DNA from: Candidatus Omnitrophota bacterium
Lineage (GTDB): Bacteria; Omnitrophota; Gorgyraeia; JAFGHF01
Reading direction: 5' to 3'
DNA length: 64,000 bases
Assembly: GCA_020341815.1 (NCBI GenBank)
Contig: CP070837.1
Span: 1,044,575-1,108,574, forward strand
Shown: positions 52,419 through 61,318 of the stretch, one piece after another
How the letters are laid out: each line of letters opens with the position of its first letter
Position numbering within the stretch: the stretch's first letter is position 1
The notes under the pieces: model-generated
What the model saw: the letters and a program-made list of their open reading frames with translations, nothing else
What the model was told of the DNA's origin: nothing
Databases searched by the model: none
Made by a program: the position numbers and the translations under genes

Positions 52419-52496
52419 GACCCCATCGTCTAGCCCGGCCTAGGACAAGAGCTTTTCAAGCTCTCGACACCGGTTCGAATCCGGTTGGGGTCGCCA
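52419..52496 (+). tRNA. tRNA-Glu (anticodon TTC)
   Basis: Acceptor GACCCCA/TGGGGTC, D-arm GTCT-AGCCCGGCCTA-GGAC, anticodon stem AGAGC/GCTCT with loop TTTTCAA, T-arm ACCGG-TTCGAAT-CCGGT, discriminator G, CCA. Confidence 0.85.
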
Positions 52497-52545
52497 TCAA
52501 TTCGGACACTCTTGTAACTTAAACAGTTATAAGAGGTTAAATAAA
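52482..52545. repeat. left direct repeat (putative attL) spanning the tRNA-Glu 3' end plus 49 bp
   Basis: 64 bp. Matches 63801-63865 with ~5 mismatches and 1 indel: cggttg(c)gggtcgccatc[a/g]attc[g/a]gacactcttgtaactta..cagttataagaggttaaataaa. Confidence 0.7.
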
Positions 52546-52710
52546 GTAAGGGGAGTTGAAGTACTTCAAAAAAGGAGTATTTTGGCTTCCTTTTTTATTT
52601 TATCTCAAAAGCATAGTTCAATTTTTGAATTCAGCTTTAAGCAAAGCATAATTCAAAATTTGAACTCTCATATATTAAATAAATAGATACTTAAATAGAA
52701 GACTTAAACT

Positions 52711-53190
52711 ATGAGAACCATTTACCCATTTGGCTGGATAGACAGAGACCTTAAAGAATTAGGATTTTTAAAGGAAATGTCTCCTACAGCGGCAAAGCTT
52801 TATATTCTTTATATCCTGGCCGGTGGCGCAAATGGCAGAAGCTGTTACAGCGCTAAGGCCTTAAACGAAGCAACCGGCCTGGCAAACGCCACAATATGCA
52901 AAGCAAGACAGGAGCTTCAAGATATGGGTCTTATTGCAGTAGAGAAGGAAATGATACCGGGTCGCAAGAACAAGAAGCCAAAGATATGGGTAGAGCTCCA
53001 GGATCTTCCGGTTGACAGGATGGAGGTTAAACAACGCAGAAACACCGCCCATAAAGAACTTACCACTAAGAGAATCAGGAAAAGGAGATCGGAATTCATT
53101 GAACAGCCGAGACTTCTTTGTGAAAGGCCATATATGGCTCCAGATTGGCTGAAACAAGGTGTAAAACGAGCAAGGAGGCCTTATGTTTAG
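52711..53190 (+). CDS. winged-helix DNA-binding protein (regulator or replication-initiator-like)
   Basis: Predicted HTH around SAKALNEATGLANATICKARQELQDMGLI. Basic C-terminal tail. Preceded by paired inverted-repeat sites. Confidence 0.5.
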   Translation: MRTIYPFGWIDRDLKELGFLKEMSPTAAKLYILYILAGGANGRSCYSAKALNEATGLANATICKARQELQDMGLIAVEKEMIPGRKNKKPKIWVELQDLPVDRMEVKQRRNTAHKELTTKRIRKRRSEFIEQPRLLCERPYMAPDWLKQGVKRARRPYV

Positions 53191-53407
53191 CCTGCGCCGC
53201 TGGCTCAAATATACCCTAAATCCCCCAGAATATATTTGGATAAAGGCCATTTTGCTCAAAGAAACCCGCAAAGCCATCTTAATTGAGTTCGATGGCAAGC
53301 AAATCTGGCTCCCGAAGGTCTGGATTTTACGTATCAAACGAATTCAATGCAACCCTACCATAAGCATCAAAATATCCCAGTATCACTGGGCCAAGAAGCT
53401 CGGGTAA
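53183..53407 (+). CDS. hypothetical small protein (74 aa)
   Basis: Overlaps the previous gene by 8 nt. No recognised motif. Confidence 0.35.
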   Translation: MFSLRRWLKYTLNPPEYIWIKAILLKETRKAILIEFDGKQIWLPKVWILRIKRIQCNPTISIKISQYHWAKKLG

Positions 53408-53541
53408 TTTCTGTATTCAGCCTCGTTTTTTTCATGTATTCCCCTTTACAACCCTCTCAAAAGCATTTATAATAGTAAGCCAACTAGACGCTAAATGCTA
53501 GCAAAAGGGCTTATTTTACCGGTCCAAGAAGTATTTAATAC

Positions 53542-53571
53542 TTGAAAACAGAGCTTTTTCAGGAGTATAAT
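53542..53571 (+). promoter_or_regulatory. sigma70-type promoter for the methyltransferase operon, with a 15-bp palindrome over the -35 box
   Basis: TTGAAA (53542-47), 17-bp spacer, TATAAT (53566-71). Palindrome aagtatttaatactt at 53529-53543. Confidence 0.5.
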
Positions 53572-53610
53572 ATATAGCTGTCGAATGTCTATATAAAGCT
53601 GGAGAAATGT

Positions 53611-54669
53611 ATGCCTTGCAATTTTAGCGTTATTGATTTATTTTCTGGATGTGGCGGACTGTCGTACGGCTTTGTTAGGTCGGGGTATAATGTCTTGCTG
53701 GGTATAGATAATGATCCGGTAGCCCTCAAAACTTTCAAGCTCAACCATTCCGGATCGGATACTATAATAGCTGATATTGCAGGCATTTCCGGACAGGATA
53801 TCCTGAAAGCTGTGGGCAGAAGACAAATAGACGTTGTTATAGGCGGACCGCCATGTCAGGGATTTTCGCTTTCTGGCCCCAGAAAATTTAGTGATCCCAG
53901 AAACAAATTATACCTTTCTTTTATAAGGCTGGTTAAAGAACTGAAGCCTAGGGCATTTCTGATTGAGAATGTTCCCGGCATTATGAGTCTCTACAAAGGA
54001 CAGATAAAAGACGAAATTATTGGCAGATTTTCGAAAATGGGTTATAAAGTGAGTTGCAGTAAGCTGAATTCGGCAGACTACGGCGTTCCCCAACTGAGAA
54101 ACAGGGTTTTTTTTGTGGGAATATATAAGGCGAAAGAGTACTTTAAGTTCCCCCCTCCAGTGTTAAATAAAGAATGTTATATTGTTGCCGAAGAAGCCAT
54201 CGGCGATCTGCCAGGTTTGGAGGATCGTATCGGCACAGATCCAGCCCCTTATCCCGGAAACGGCGAACTCACGAGATATCAGAAATATATGAGGCAAGGT
54301 TCTCAGTATATACATAATCATATCGGAACGCGCCATGCCGAAATGACAAAGCGCGTTATATCTCTCGTTCCGGAAGGATGTAATTATAAAAGTCTGCCGC
54401 CGGAATATGCCAATACCAGAAATTTTCATGTTGCATGGACAAGGTTCCACAGCAAAAAGCCGGCACCGACCGTTGACACTGGCCATAGACACCACTTCCA
54501 TTATTTATATGACAGGGTTCCTACTGTCAGAGAATGCGCAAGGCTGCAATCTTTTCCGGACATTTTTATTTTCATCGGAAATAAATCACAACAATATTCC
54601 CAGGCAGGAAATGCAGTTCCTCCATTCACGGCACAAGCTATTGCGGAAGAAATGAGGCATTATTTATGA
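53611..54669 (+). CDS. DNA (cytosine-5)-methyltransferase, copy 1
   Basis: Motif I DLFSGCGGLSYGF, motif IV GGPPCQGFS, motif VI ENVPG, motif VIII QLRNRVFFVG, motif X GNAVPPF. Confidence 0.9.
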   Translation: MPCNFSVIDLFSGCGGLSYGFVRSGYNVLLGIDNDPVALKTFKLNHSGSDTIIADIAGISGQDILKAVGRRQIDVVIGGPPCQGFSLSGPRKFSDPRNKLYLSFIRLVKELKPRAFLIENVPGIMSLYKGQIKDEIIGRFSKMGYKVSCSKLNSADYGVPQLRNRVFFVGIYKAKEYFKFPPPVLNKECYIVAEEAIGDLPGLEDRIGTDPAPYPGNGELTRYQKYMRQGSQYIHNHIGTRHAEMTKRVISLVPEGCNYKSLPPEYANTRNFHVAWTRFHSKKPAPTVDTGHRHHFHYLYDRVPTVRECARLQSFPDIFIFIGNKSQQYSQAGNAVPPFTAQAIAEEMRHYL

Positions 54670-56081
54670 GATACCAGATACCAGAAGAATATTATTGTAG
54701 GTTGCACCACATACGTCCGAGGTTTAAAAATAATATAGAAAATGTTCTTATTTATATGGCTACCGAGATATCTAAAATTCGAAGAAAGAGCAAAAGAGAA
54801 TTCGATAAAGAAGTTAATAAAGCAATTAAAAAATTCCCAGGGAATGCAACGAAAAAGATTAAGACAATCAACAATTGGCGCACAGAAATCTCCTCTCTGT
54901 TTGGTTTTATCCGCACCAGCAGATCAAAAGATAAGTCGTGGCCAGCACTGAGGGCGACAGAGCTGGCGGATAAACAGGATTTGGTGCATTCGTTCAAGCT
55001 TTTTCTGTACCATTTTCAGTATCCCGGAGGACATCTCAAGCCTCACGAAAATGCTGAAGTTATCAGGCAAGGTATCAAATTCAGACCGGCACCTTTTATT
55101 TTGAAATTACTGCATAGCGCTGAAAAAAATGAAAAGACCAGGAAAGGTATCACCAAGCCCGAGCTGACCCACTGTGTTTTCAATGACCTGAGAGTCACGC
55201 GTGACGGGGAAGGTCCGGAATCCGTATGGGAGCGCATTAAAGAAAACAGGAAGAAAAAGGTTCAATATGACTGCAGGGGGGATGTTATACGTTATGCCGG
55301 AGATATTCTCGACTATATGGTAACGGCTAACTTACTTACTCCCCACGGGCAGAAATATTTTATAAATACCCTGGAGAAAAACGCGGTGCAGAAATTTATG
55401 GAGTCAAAAGATTGGTTTAGCAAGTATGACCGTTATATAGATAAAAGAAATGTTACCTTAGCGCAGATAAATAGTCTTCAGGAAGCATGGTTTGAATATG
55501 TAAATATGCCCAGGGAAGAGATATTCGAAACGGATGCTTTGGCTTTTATCGCCAGAGACGAGACAGAATATGCGAAGTTGCGAAAACAGATCGTAAGCAG
55601 TTTTATGGAAAAGCTCGAAGAGCCTAGTGAAATTGGCACGAAGGAAATAGGGGATGTGGGCGAAAATCTTGTGCACGGGCACGAATGTATGAGGATTAAA
55701 TTGCGCGAGCGTACAGACTTAATACATCTTATTCGGTGCATACCGGATCATCTCGCTGCCGGTTACGATATCAGATCTGTCGAGGCAGATGCTACATACA
55801 GATATATAGAGGTTAAAACTACCATAAGCAACAGCGAAATTGATTTTACCAGAATTCATCTGACGCCTGTGGAATGGACTGCGGCAGACACTCTTAAAAG
55901 CAGATACTTTGTCTACAGACTGCTCTTAAGCAAGAGGTCAAGAAAATTATTTCTGCTTCGCGATCCGGTGGGCCAGTACAAACAAGAAAAACTATCAATG
56001 ACGCCGCGCAACGGGGCAGATATTGTTTTCAGCCCTGCAAGATGCGGTGAATATACGGAGCTTCTGGAGTGGAGAGATTAA
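54666..56081 (+). CDS. protein with C-terminal DUF3883 (restriction-endonuclease-like fold) domain and uncharacterised N-terminal region
   Basis: C-terminal GENLVHGHE ... GYDIRSVEADATYRYIEVKTT ... IHLTPVEWTAA ... YFVYRLL matches the DUF3883 pattern. ATGA-coupled to the upstream MTase and overlaps the downstream MTase. Confidence 0.6.
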   Translation: MRYQIPEEYYCRLHHIRPRFKNNIENVLIYMATEISKIRRKSKREFDKEVNKAIKKFPGNATKKIKTINNWRTEISSLFGFIRTSRSKDKSWPALRATELADKQDLVHSFKLFLYHFQYPGGHLKPHENAEVIRQGIKFRPAPFILKLLHSAEKNEKTRKGITKPELTHCVFNDLRVTRDGEGPESVWERIKENRKKKVQYDCRGDVIRYAGDILDYMVTANLLTPHGQKYFINTLEKNAVQKFMESKDWFSKYDRYIDKRNVTLAQINSLQEAWFEYVNMPREEIFETDALAFIARDETEYAKLRKQIVSSFMEKLEEPSEIGTKEIGDVGENLVHGHECMRIKLRERTDLIHLIRCIPDHLAAGYDIRSVEADATYRYIEVKTTISNSEIDFTRIHLTPVEWTAADTLKSRYFVYRLLLSKRSRKLFLLRDPVGQYKQEKLSMTPRNGADIVFSPARCGEYTELLEWRD

Positions 56082-57484
56082 GAATAGCTTCGCTTTTCTG
56101 TGGTTGCGGCGGCACGGACGCGGGAATGCTCGGGGGGTTTACTTTCCTCGGCAGTAAATATGAAAAGCATCCTGTACAAATCGTTTACGCGAACGACATA
56201 GATGCCTCCGCAGCCAGAATATACGATGCAAATTTTAAACACAAATGCCTGGTGAAAGATATCCGGAAGATAAAAGCAGCAGAAATACCGGATCATGACA
56301 TATTGGCCGGCGGATTTCCCTGCCAGTCGTTTTCCATAGTTGCGCAGAATCCGCCTCGTCTGGGATATAGAGATGAAAACGGCCGGTTATTCTTTGAAAT
56401 GTGTAGGATTTTGCGTAATAAAAAACCGTTAGCCTTTGTTGCCGAAAACGTCAAAGGTATTTTATCGGCAAACAATAAACATGCTTTTCCTCTTATAATA
56501 AAAGAGTTTGAAAAATGTGGATACATAGTTTCCTGGTGTCTCCTGAACGCGGCTAATTATGGCATTCCGCAGCGAAGGGAACGTGTTTTTATTGTCGGAA
56601 TAAGAAAAAATATAGGCAGGAAGTTTTATCCTCCGGATTCTACCCACAGGCCGGAAAGCGATCTCTTGGCCGAAAGAAAATGGGTATCATTAAAAAGAGT
56701 TGTCTTTCCGCATGCCAAGGTGCCGAAGAAATATTTTTTTTCCGACAGGGCGCATAAGGGTCTTCATAATTCCAATCCCGCAATGAATAAAGGCCGGGCG
56801 CAGGATCCCGAGAAAGTTTGTAATACTGTGGGAGCGCACCTTGCTAAAGTCAGCCTTAACAGCACGGATCCCGTTTTAAAGATAAATGGTCGTTTCAGGC
56901 GCTTCGCGCCCAGAGAAGTGGCCAGAATTCAGTCTTTCCCTGATACTTTCAGGCTGCCGGGACCGGACACGGCTAAATACAAGGCTCTGGGGAACGCAAT
57001 TCCGCCGGTGTTGATGTGGCATATGACAGAAAGACTGCTCGAGATATTGGTTAAAGGTCCGGCCGAAGATGCAAGGACCGGCCGGGAAAAAAGAAGCTAT
57101 AATATGGCGCGAATTTGTTCAAAAAACACATTAATAGAACGTATTCTTGATGAAGCATTAAAGTCCTTAGGCTTGGAATATAAAAGAAATGTCAAAGGGC
57201 TTCCCGGAAAACCAGATATAGTTTTTGAGAAAAATCGTCTGGCGGTTTTCTGTGACAGCACGTTTTGGCACGGCAGACATTATCCCGAATGCGTAGAACG
57301 GATTAACACAAATAAAAGTTTCTGGAAAAACAAGATATTGAGAAACATGGAACGAGATAAAAAGACAACCAAAGAATTAAGATATCTAGGCTGGAAAGTG
57401 CTTCGTTTTTGGGATACCGATATAGAGAACAGAATGCAAGCCGTGATAGGAAAAATAGAAAAAATATTGGGTGCCCAGAAATGA
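56069..57484 (+). CDS. DNA (cytosine-5)-methyltransferase, copy 2, fused to a C-terminal Vsr-like very-short-patch-repair endonuclease domain
   Basis: MTase motifs FCGCGGTDAGM, GGFPCQSFS, ENVKG, QRRERVFIVG, GNAIPPV. C-terminal ~130 aa PDIVFEKNRLAVFCDSTFWHGRHYPE ... FW.NK ... RD ... LGWKVLRFWDTD matches the Vsr signature. Confidence 0.8.
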   Translation: MERLRIASLFCGCGGTDAGMLGGFTFLGSKYEKHPVQIVYANDIDASAARIYDANFKHKCLVKDIRKIKAAEIPDHDILAGGFPCQSFSIVAQNPPRLGYRDENGRLFFEMCRILRNKKPLAFVAENVKGILSANNKHAFPLIIKEFEKCGYIVSWCLLNAANYGIPQRRERVFIVGIRKNIGRKFYPPDSTHRPESDLLAERKWVSLKRVVFPHAKVPKKYFFSDRAHKGLHNSNPAMNKGRAQDPEKVCNTVGAHLAKVSLNSTDPVLKINGRFRRFAPREVARIQSFPDTFRLPGPDTAKYKALGNAIPPVLMWHMTERLLEILVKGPAEDARTGREKRSYNMARICSKNTLIERILDEALKSLGLEYKRNVKGLPGKPDIVFEKNRLAVFCDSTFWHGRHYPECVERINTNKSFWKNKILRNMERDKKTTKELRYLGWKVLRFWDTDIENRMQAVIGKIEKILGAQK

Positions 57485-57999
57485 TATATGAAAGCCGCAC
57501 ACTAGGAGAGTCGCCATTTGATTTTGATATTAGCTGGCCCTTTCCGGAAGGACAGAGAAAGTTGCTTGAAGCAGCCGTAACTAAAATAAAAATAGAATCA
57601 GCATCCCAAATTGATAAATTTGAAGAATCTTTCAATGAGGAGATTGCGCAGCATGGTTATATGTGGGACAAGAAAGATAAAAGCACATGTTCTCTCTGGC
57701 GGCCCGATTTCAGAATGTCTGTTGATTTCTATAACGCAAAGGAAAAAATTGCAGTTGAAATTGAAAAGACAGAGGTTAAAAGAATTATCCACGACGTATT
57801 AAAGCTAGTGAACGGCTCCTTAACCTTTGTGCCCAAAGTGAGATATGGAGTAATTATTCATCCGCACACATATAAACGCACATCAGGTAAAGAGAGTGTA
57901 TTTGCATCACGGGTTGTAAGCGAAGTTTCCTTCTATTTCAGGCGTTTGATCGGAAACACCTTATTAAATGATGTTCTTTTTATAGTTTATAATTTTTGA
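57481..57999 (+). CDS. hypothetical protein (172 aa), candidate PD-(D/E)xK nuclease
   Basis: Likely start MIYESRTLGE is ATGA-coupled to the MTase-Vsr stop. RPDFRMSVDF ... IAVEIEKTEVK is weakly PD-ExK-like. Confidence 0.4.
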   Translation: MIYESRTLGESPFDFDISWPFPEGQRKLLEAAVTKIKIESASQIDKFEESFNEEIAQHGYMWDKKDKSTCSLWRPDFRMSVDFYNAKEKIAVEIEKTEVKRIIHDVLKLVNGSLTFVPKVRYGVIIHPHTYKRTSGKESVFASRVVSEVSFYFRRLIGNTLLNDVLFIVYNF

Positions 58000-58148
58000 G
58001 CTGGTTTAAGGTTTTTCTTCGTCGGTAGAGTTTTCATGTTTCTTTGACTCGAATTCCCCGATAGAAAAGTGTTATGTTCCCAGAATTGCTGCACTTTATC
58101 TAGACGGCAAGAGGAAAACTTGGTTGTATAGGAATAAAGGCAAATATC

Positions 58149-58436
58149 TTGATTGGACGCGATTTTGGAATAACTTCTCGTTTTTTAATTAGAGGATTGA
58201 ATATAAAGAAGCTCCTGGCTCTGGCAATTCTAATCTGCCTAATATCCCTAACTGTTTTTGGCCAAGAAAAGAATTACCAAATGAAAACAGGCATATTAAA
58301 GACTTATGGAGAACCATTTTGGAAAGGCGAAGGCAAGCAGCGAGAAGTTTGGTATTACCCACGCCAAAGAATGTTTATTTATTTTGAAGGAGATAGAGCT
58401 ATTGAGATTGATGTAATTGCAGGGGAGAAGACATAA
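58149..58436 (+). CDS. small exported or lipoprotein-like hypothetical protein
   Basis: Hydrophobic N-terminus LLALAILICLISLTVFG. 95 aa. Confidence 0.4.
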   Translation: MIGRDFGITSRFLIRGLNIKKLLALAILICLISLTVFGQEKNYQMKTGILKTYGEPFWKGEGKQREVWYYPRQRMFIYFEGDRAIEIDVIAGEKT

Positions 58437-58439
58437 CGA

Positions 58440-59099
58440 ATGGAAATAATAAAACAAACATATTGTGCGGTTTTAAATAGCTTAAACCAAAATGCTAAAG
58501 ATAACTTTGATTATTTTTGTTCTGAAATTCAAAGAGTTGCAAACGAATATGGGATAGCGAATAAAGTCACTAAACTTGAACTTATCTGCAAAGGGAACCT
58601 TTATCGAAATATAGCAATAAGCTCCGGAAGAGTAAATATAAAAAATAATAATGATAAAACCTACAACTTCTGGGCTTCCTGTTCATTGTTTGTTACTAGG
58701 AAAGAAAGAATTACTGCAATAGTGCAACATGAATTGATGCATATTAAAGATATGGAGGATAAAGAATTTAAATTTGATAAAGAACTGTGGGACGGGTTGC
58801 TTGAAGACAAAATAATAGCCACATCGATTAGGCATATTTGGGACATCTATATAGATTCACGGATTGCGAGAACGAGTAAAATTGGTATTTCTAAACAAGA
58901 TAGGCTCGATGGGATCCTGCGTCTCGCTTTAAATAAGAATTTTCAATTAAGACATTGCATTTGGGAAATTGAAGATGATTTTGATTATCTTTGGAATATT
59001 GAGAAAATAGATTTTCCGACTATCATTGATAAAGCTAAAGAATTAAAAGAGAAAGTAGCGAATAAAGGTATGGCCCACCCGTCCGAAGAAACTTTATGA
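58440..59099 (+). CDS. HExxH-motif putative metallopeptidase
   Basis: HELMH motif (IVQHELMHIKD). 219 aa. AT-rich. Confidence 0.45.
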   Translation: MEIIKQTYCAVLNSLNQNAKDNFDYFCSEIQRVANEYGIANKVTKLELICKGNLYRNIAISSGRVNIKNNNDKTYNFWASCSLFVTRKERITAIVQHELMHIKDMEDKEFKFDKELWDGLLEDKIIATSIRHIWDIYIDSRIARTSKIGISKQDRLDGILRLALNKNFQLRHCIWEIEDDFDYLWNIEKIDFPTIIDKAKELKEKVANKGMAHPSEETL

Positions 59100-59328
59100 A
59101 ACTCAACGCTAAAGTAAAGATCTGGATGATCTTAGCCCCTTTGTGATAATGGCGACAATAGCCACAAAGGCTTTTTGCTATCCAGCAGAGGTTGAGGATA
59201 TGAGCGGAGAAAAATGCGTAGGATAATCTTTCGCCATAGTGGCCAAAAAATGCTATCCCTATGCAAAGGGGATAATGGATAAATAGCAGTTATTCTCATT
59301 TTTATAAAGTTTATGGAGTAAAAGGAAG

Positions 59329-59889
59329 ATGATTGACAGAAGTTTTGTTGATTATTGGAGCGAAAGATACGATAAGAATGCTCTGAAGAGAGATAAAAAG
59401 CTAGAGAAGAGAATTAGAGGAAAACTAAAGAAACTTTTTCCCGATGGGAAGGTAAAATACATTTTGAAAGACACGTTATTCGACATCGTTAACTGGAAAG
59501 CTCCGAGAAAGAAAAAATTAGCCAAAGATAATAAAAAAGAATATGTCTTTGAATTAACCAAGGCAAATTTTAAGGGGCATAGAGAACAGCTAAAGATAGA
59601 GGGACTAACATTACTGAAGGGTGTTGAGTATCGGGTTGCGAGTGCAATTCTTCATTTCTGTTTTCCCAAAAAATATACCGTAATGGACTATCGGACTTGG
59701 GAGTGTTTACAGAAAGAAAAAGAACTTCCTAAGGATTGCAACATTAAAGATGATTTTGAGCATTGGCAGAAATATTTAAAAATCTGTAGAAAAATAGCCA
59801 AAAGATGTAATGTCCCATTAAGAAAACTTGATAAGGCACTCTGGCAATACCATAAGGAATTGGAATGTAAAAAGAAGCTCAGGAAATGA
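59329..59889 (+). CDS. hypothetical protein (186 aa, Lys-rich)
   Basis: ORF with a plausible SD (aaaaggaag 8 nt before the ATG). No recognised domain. Confidence 0.4.
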   Translation: MIDRSFVDYWSERYDKNALKRDKKLEKRIRGKLKKLFPDGKVKYILKDTLFDIVNWKAPRKKKLAKDNKKEYVFELTKANFKGHREQLKIEGLTLLKGVEYRVASAILHFCFPKKYTVMDYRTWECLQKEKELPKDCNIKDDFEHWQKYLKICRKIAKRCNVPLRKLDKALWQYHKELECKKKLRK

Positions 59890-59963
59890 TAGCAGGGAGA
59901 AAAAATAAATCCGCCCCCCTGCTTTTTACTATTTCTATAACTTATTGAAGATAGTCCATACTA

Positions 59964-61130
59964 TCATTCTGGCCAAGCACTTAATTTCTGGTTGCCATGG
60001 AAAGAAAATAACTGAACATGACCACAATAGCCGCAGGTAAAGATTTTCATTGAATGAGTTCCAACGTATTTGAAGCCAAACTGCATCATGTCATTTGGGT
60101 CGCGATCAGCAATTAGTTTGTATTTACCAATCCCGCAAACTCTACATAATCGTTCAATATCGGGATCAAGCCGATCAGCACCCTCATCAATAATAGATAA
60201 GGTATTATCCACTTCTGCGAGAAGTTCGGAGGCATCCCTAAGGCAGTTTTTTTCATCTTCTACTATACATTTTTTAAGAAGTGAATTAGCCAATCGCATT
60301 AAACGACTGCTTGGGAACTTCTTTTCTAGATTAAAGTCCGGTCTATCAAAATACCAGAGAGGAAGAATAGGTGTGTCTGAAACCATTGCCCATAAGACCT
60401 TCCCCAAACAAAATACATCAAATGATGGTTTTACATCTTCTATCCGCATCCCTATTGCCCAACCGGGCATCCAATCCCGACTTCCTACATTCTCCCAGGT
60501 GCCAGAGATTCTGGTATGTCTTTGGTCTGTAAAGAATATCAGCCCAAAATCTCCAAGAATTAAATTATCGCTGGAATCAAGAAAAATATTTTGAGGCTTA
60601 ATATCTCTATGTACATTATTTTTTTCATGTAATTTGGCAATACCTTCCACAAGTGGCCTAAATGCTCTAAGGGCTTTAGCAAAATCACCGGTAAATTTAT
60701 TTAAATGTTTAGCCATCGTTTCTTTTGGGTAAAATTGAGACACAAACCATTTTGAATCTGGATCAGCATCTATAATTTTTAAAAGATTGGGATGTGAAAT
60801 GTTAGACATCGCTTTAATTTCACGCTCAATTCTTTTTTCGGCTAATCCGGCATTTCTTGCGTCTTGGGGACTATGCAATACTTTTAAAGCGCCGTGGTTT
60901 GAAGGATCTTCCATTTTAACAAGATGGACTATAGCATCCTTGAATAATTCAAATTGATTCTTCTTGATATCTTCTATTGCAACCACAGGCCCCATATATT
61001 TAACTGCTTTTTCAATGTTTGTCCGAATTTTGGTTATATTAAATTTATCGTTATCAATAACGCGATAAACCTTTCCTTGCCCGCCCTCTCCTTTATGCTC
61101 AATAATACGCCATCGGTTTGAATATTCCAT
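59964..61130 (-). CDS. eukaryotic-like Ser/Thr protein kinase with C-terminal zinc-ribbon
   Basis: Gly loop GEGGQGKVYRV, catalytic loop HRDIKPQNIFLD, DFG, C-terminal CRVCG ... CGYCGH. Confidence 0.85.
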   Translation of the reverse strand: MEYSNRWRIIEHKGEGGQGKVYRVIDNDKFNITKIRTNIEKAVKYMGPVVAIEDIKKNQFELFKDAIVHLVKMEDPSNHGALKVLHSPQDARNAGLAEKRIEREIKAMSNISHPNLLKIIDADPDSKWFVSQFYPKETMAKHLNKFTGDFAKALRAFRPLVEGIAKLHEKNNVHRDIKPQNIFLDSSDNLILGDFGLIFFTDQRHTRISGTWENVGSRDWMPGWAIGMRIEDVKPSFDVFCLGKVLWAMVSDTPILPLWYFDRPDFNLEKKFPSSRLMRLANSLLKKCIVEDEKNCLRDASELLAEVDNTLSIIDEGADRLDPDIERLCRVCGIGKYKLIADRDPNDMMQFGFKYVGTHSMKIFTCGYCGHVQLFSFHGNQKLSAWPE

Positions 61131-61282
61131 TTAAGACCTCCTGCTTTAGGTTTCTAGGCTTCTTCTGCCTTTCTTGAGGTTTGAGAAGCAGTTATTTTAC
61201 AACTTCCGTTACTAATTATAATCCTTAAAACAATGGATCTCAAGCAAAATCTGCCCAGAGAGAAAATTTTTTAAAATTTCTC

Positions 61283-61311
61283 TTGACAGATGCCCAAGCA
61301 TATGCTATTAT
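61283..61311 (+). promoter_or_regulatory. sigma70 promoter (TTGACA-17-TATTAT) with a palindromic operator in the spacer, driving a leaderless HTH gene
   Basis: -35 TTGACA at 61283-88, spacer gatgcccaagcatatgc, -10 TATTAT at 61306-11. The ATG at 61319 is ~7 nt downstream of the -10. The ORF-track start at 61283 is the TTG of the -35 box. Confidence 0.55.
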
Positions 61312-61318
61312 TAAAACG

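Noticed and set aside
52419-52496. The anticodon loop contains TCA, suggesting tRNA-Sec or a UGA suppressor
   Set aside because: A full cloverleaf fold puts the 7-nt loop as TTTTCAA with the anticodon TTC. The tRNA has a 7-bp acceptor stem, normal D-arm and short variable loop. This is an ordinary tRNA-Glu, not tRNA-Sec.
61283-61318. ORF-track start of the 71-aa ORF at 61283 (TTG)
   Set aside because: The TTG is the first codon of a TTGACA -35 hexamer with a perfectly spaced TATTAT -10. The real start is the ATG at 61319 (a leaderless or short-leader transcript).
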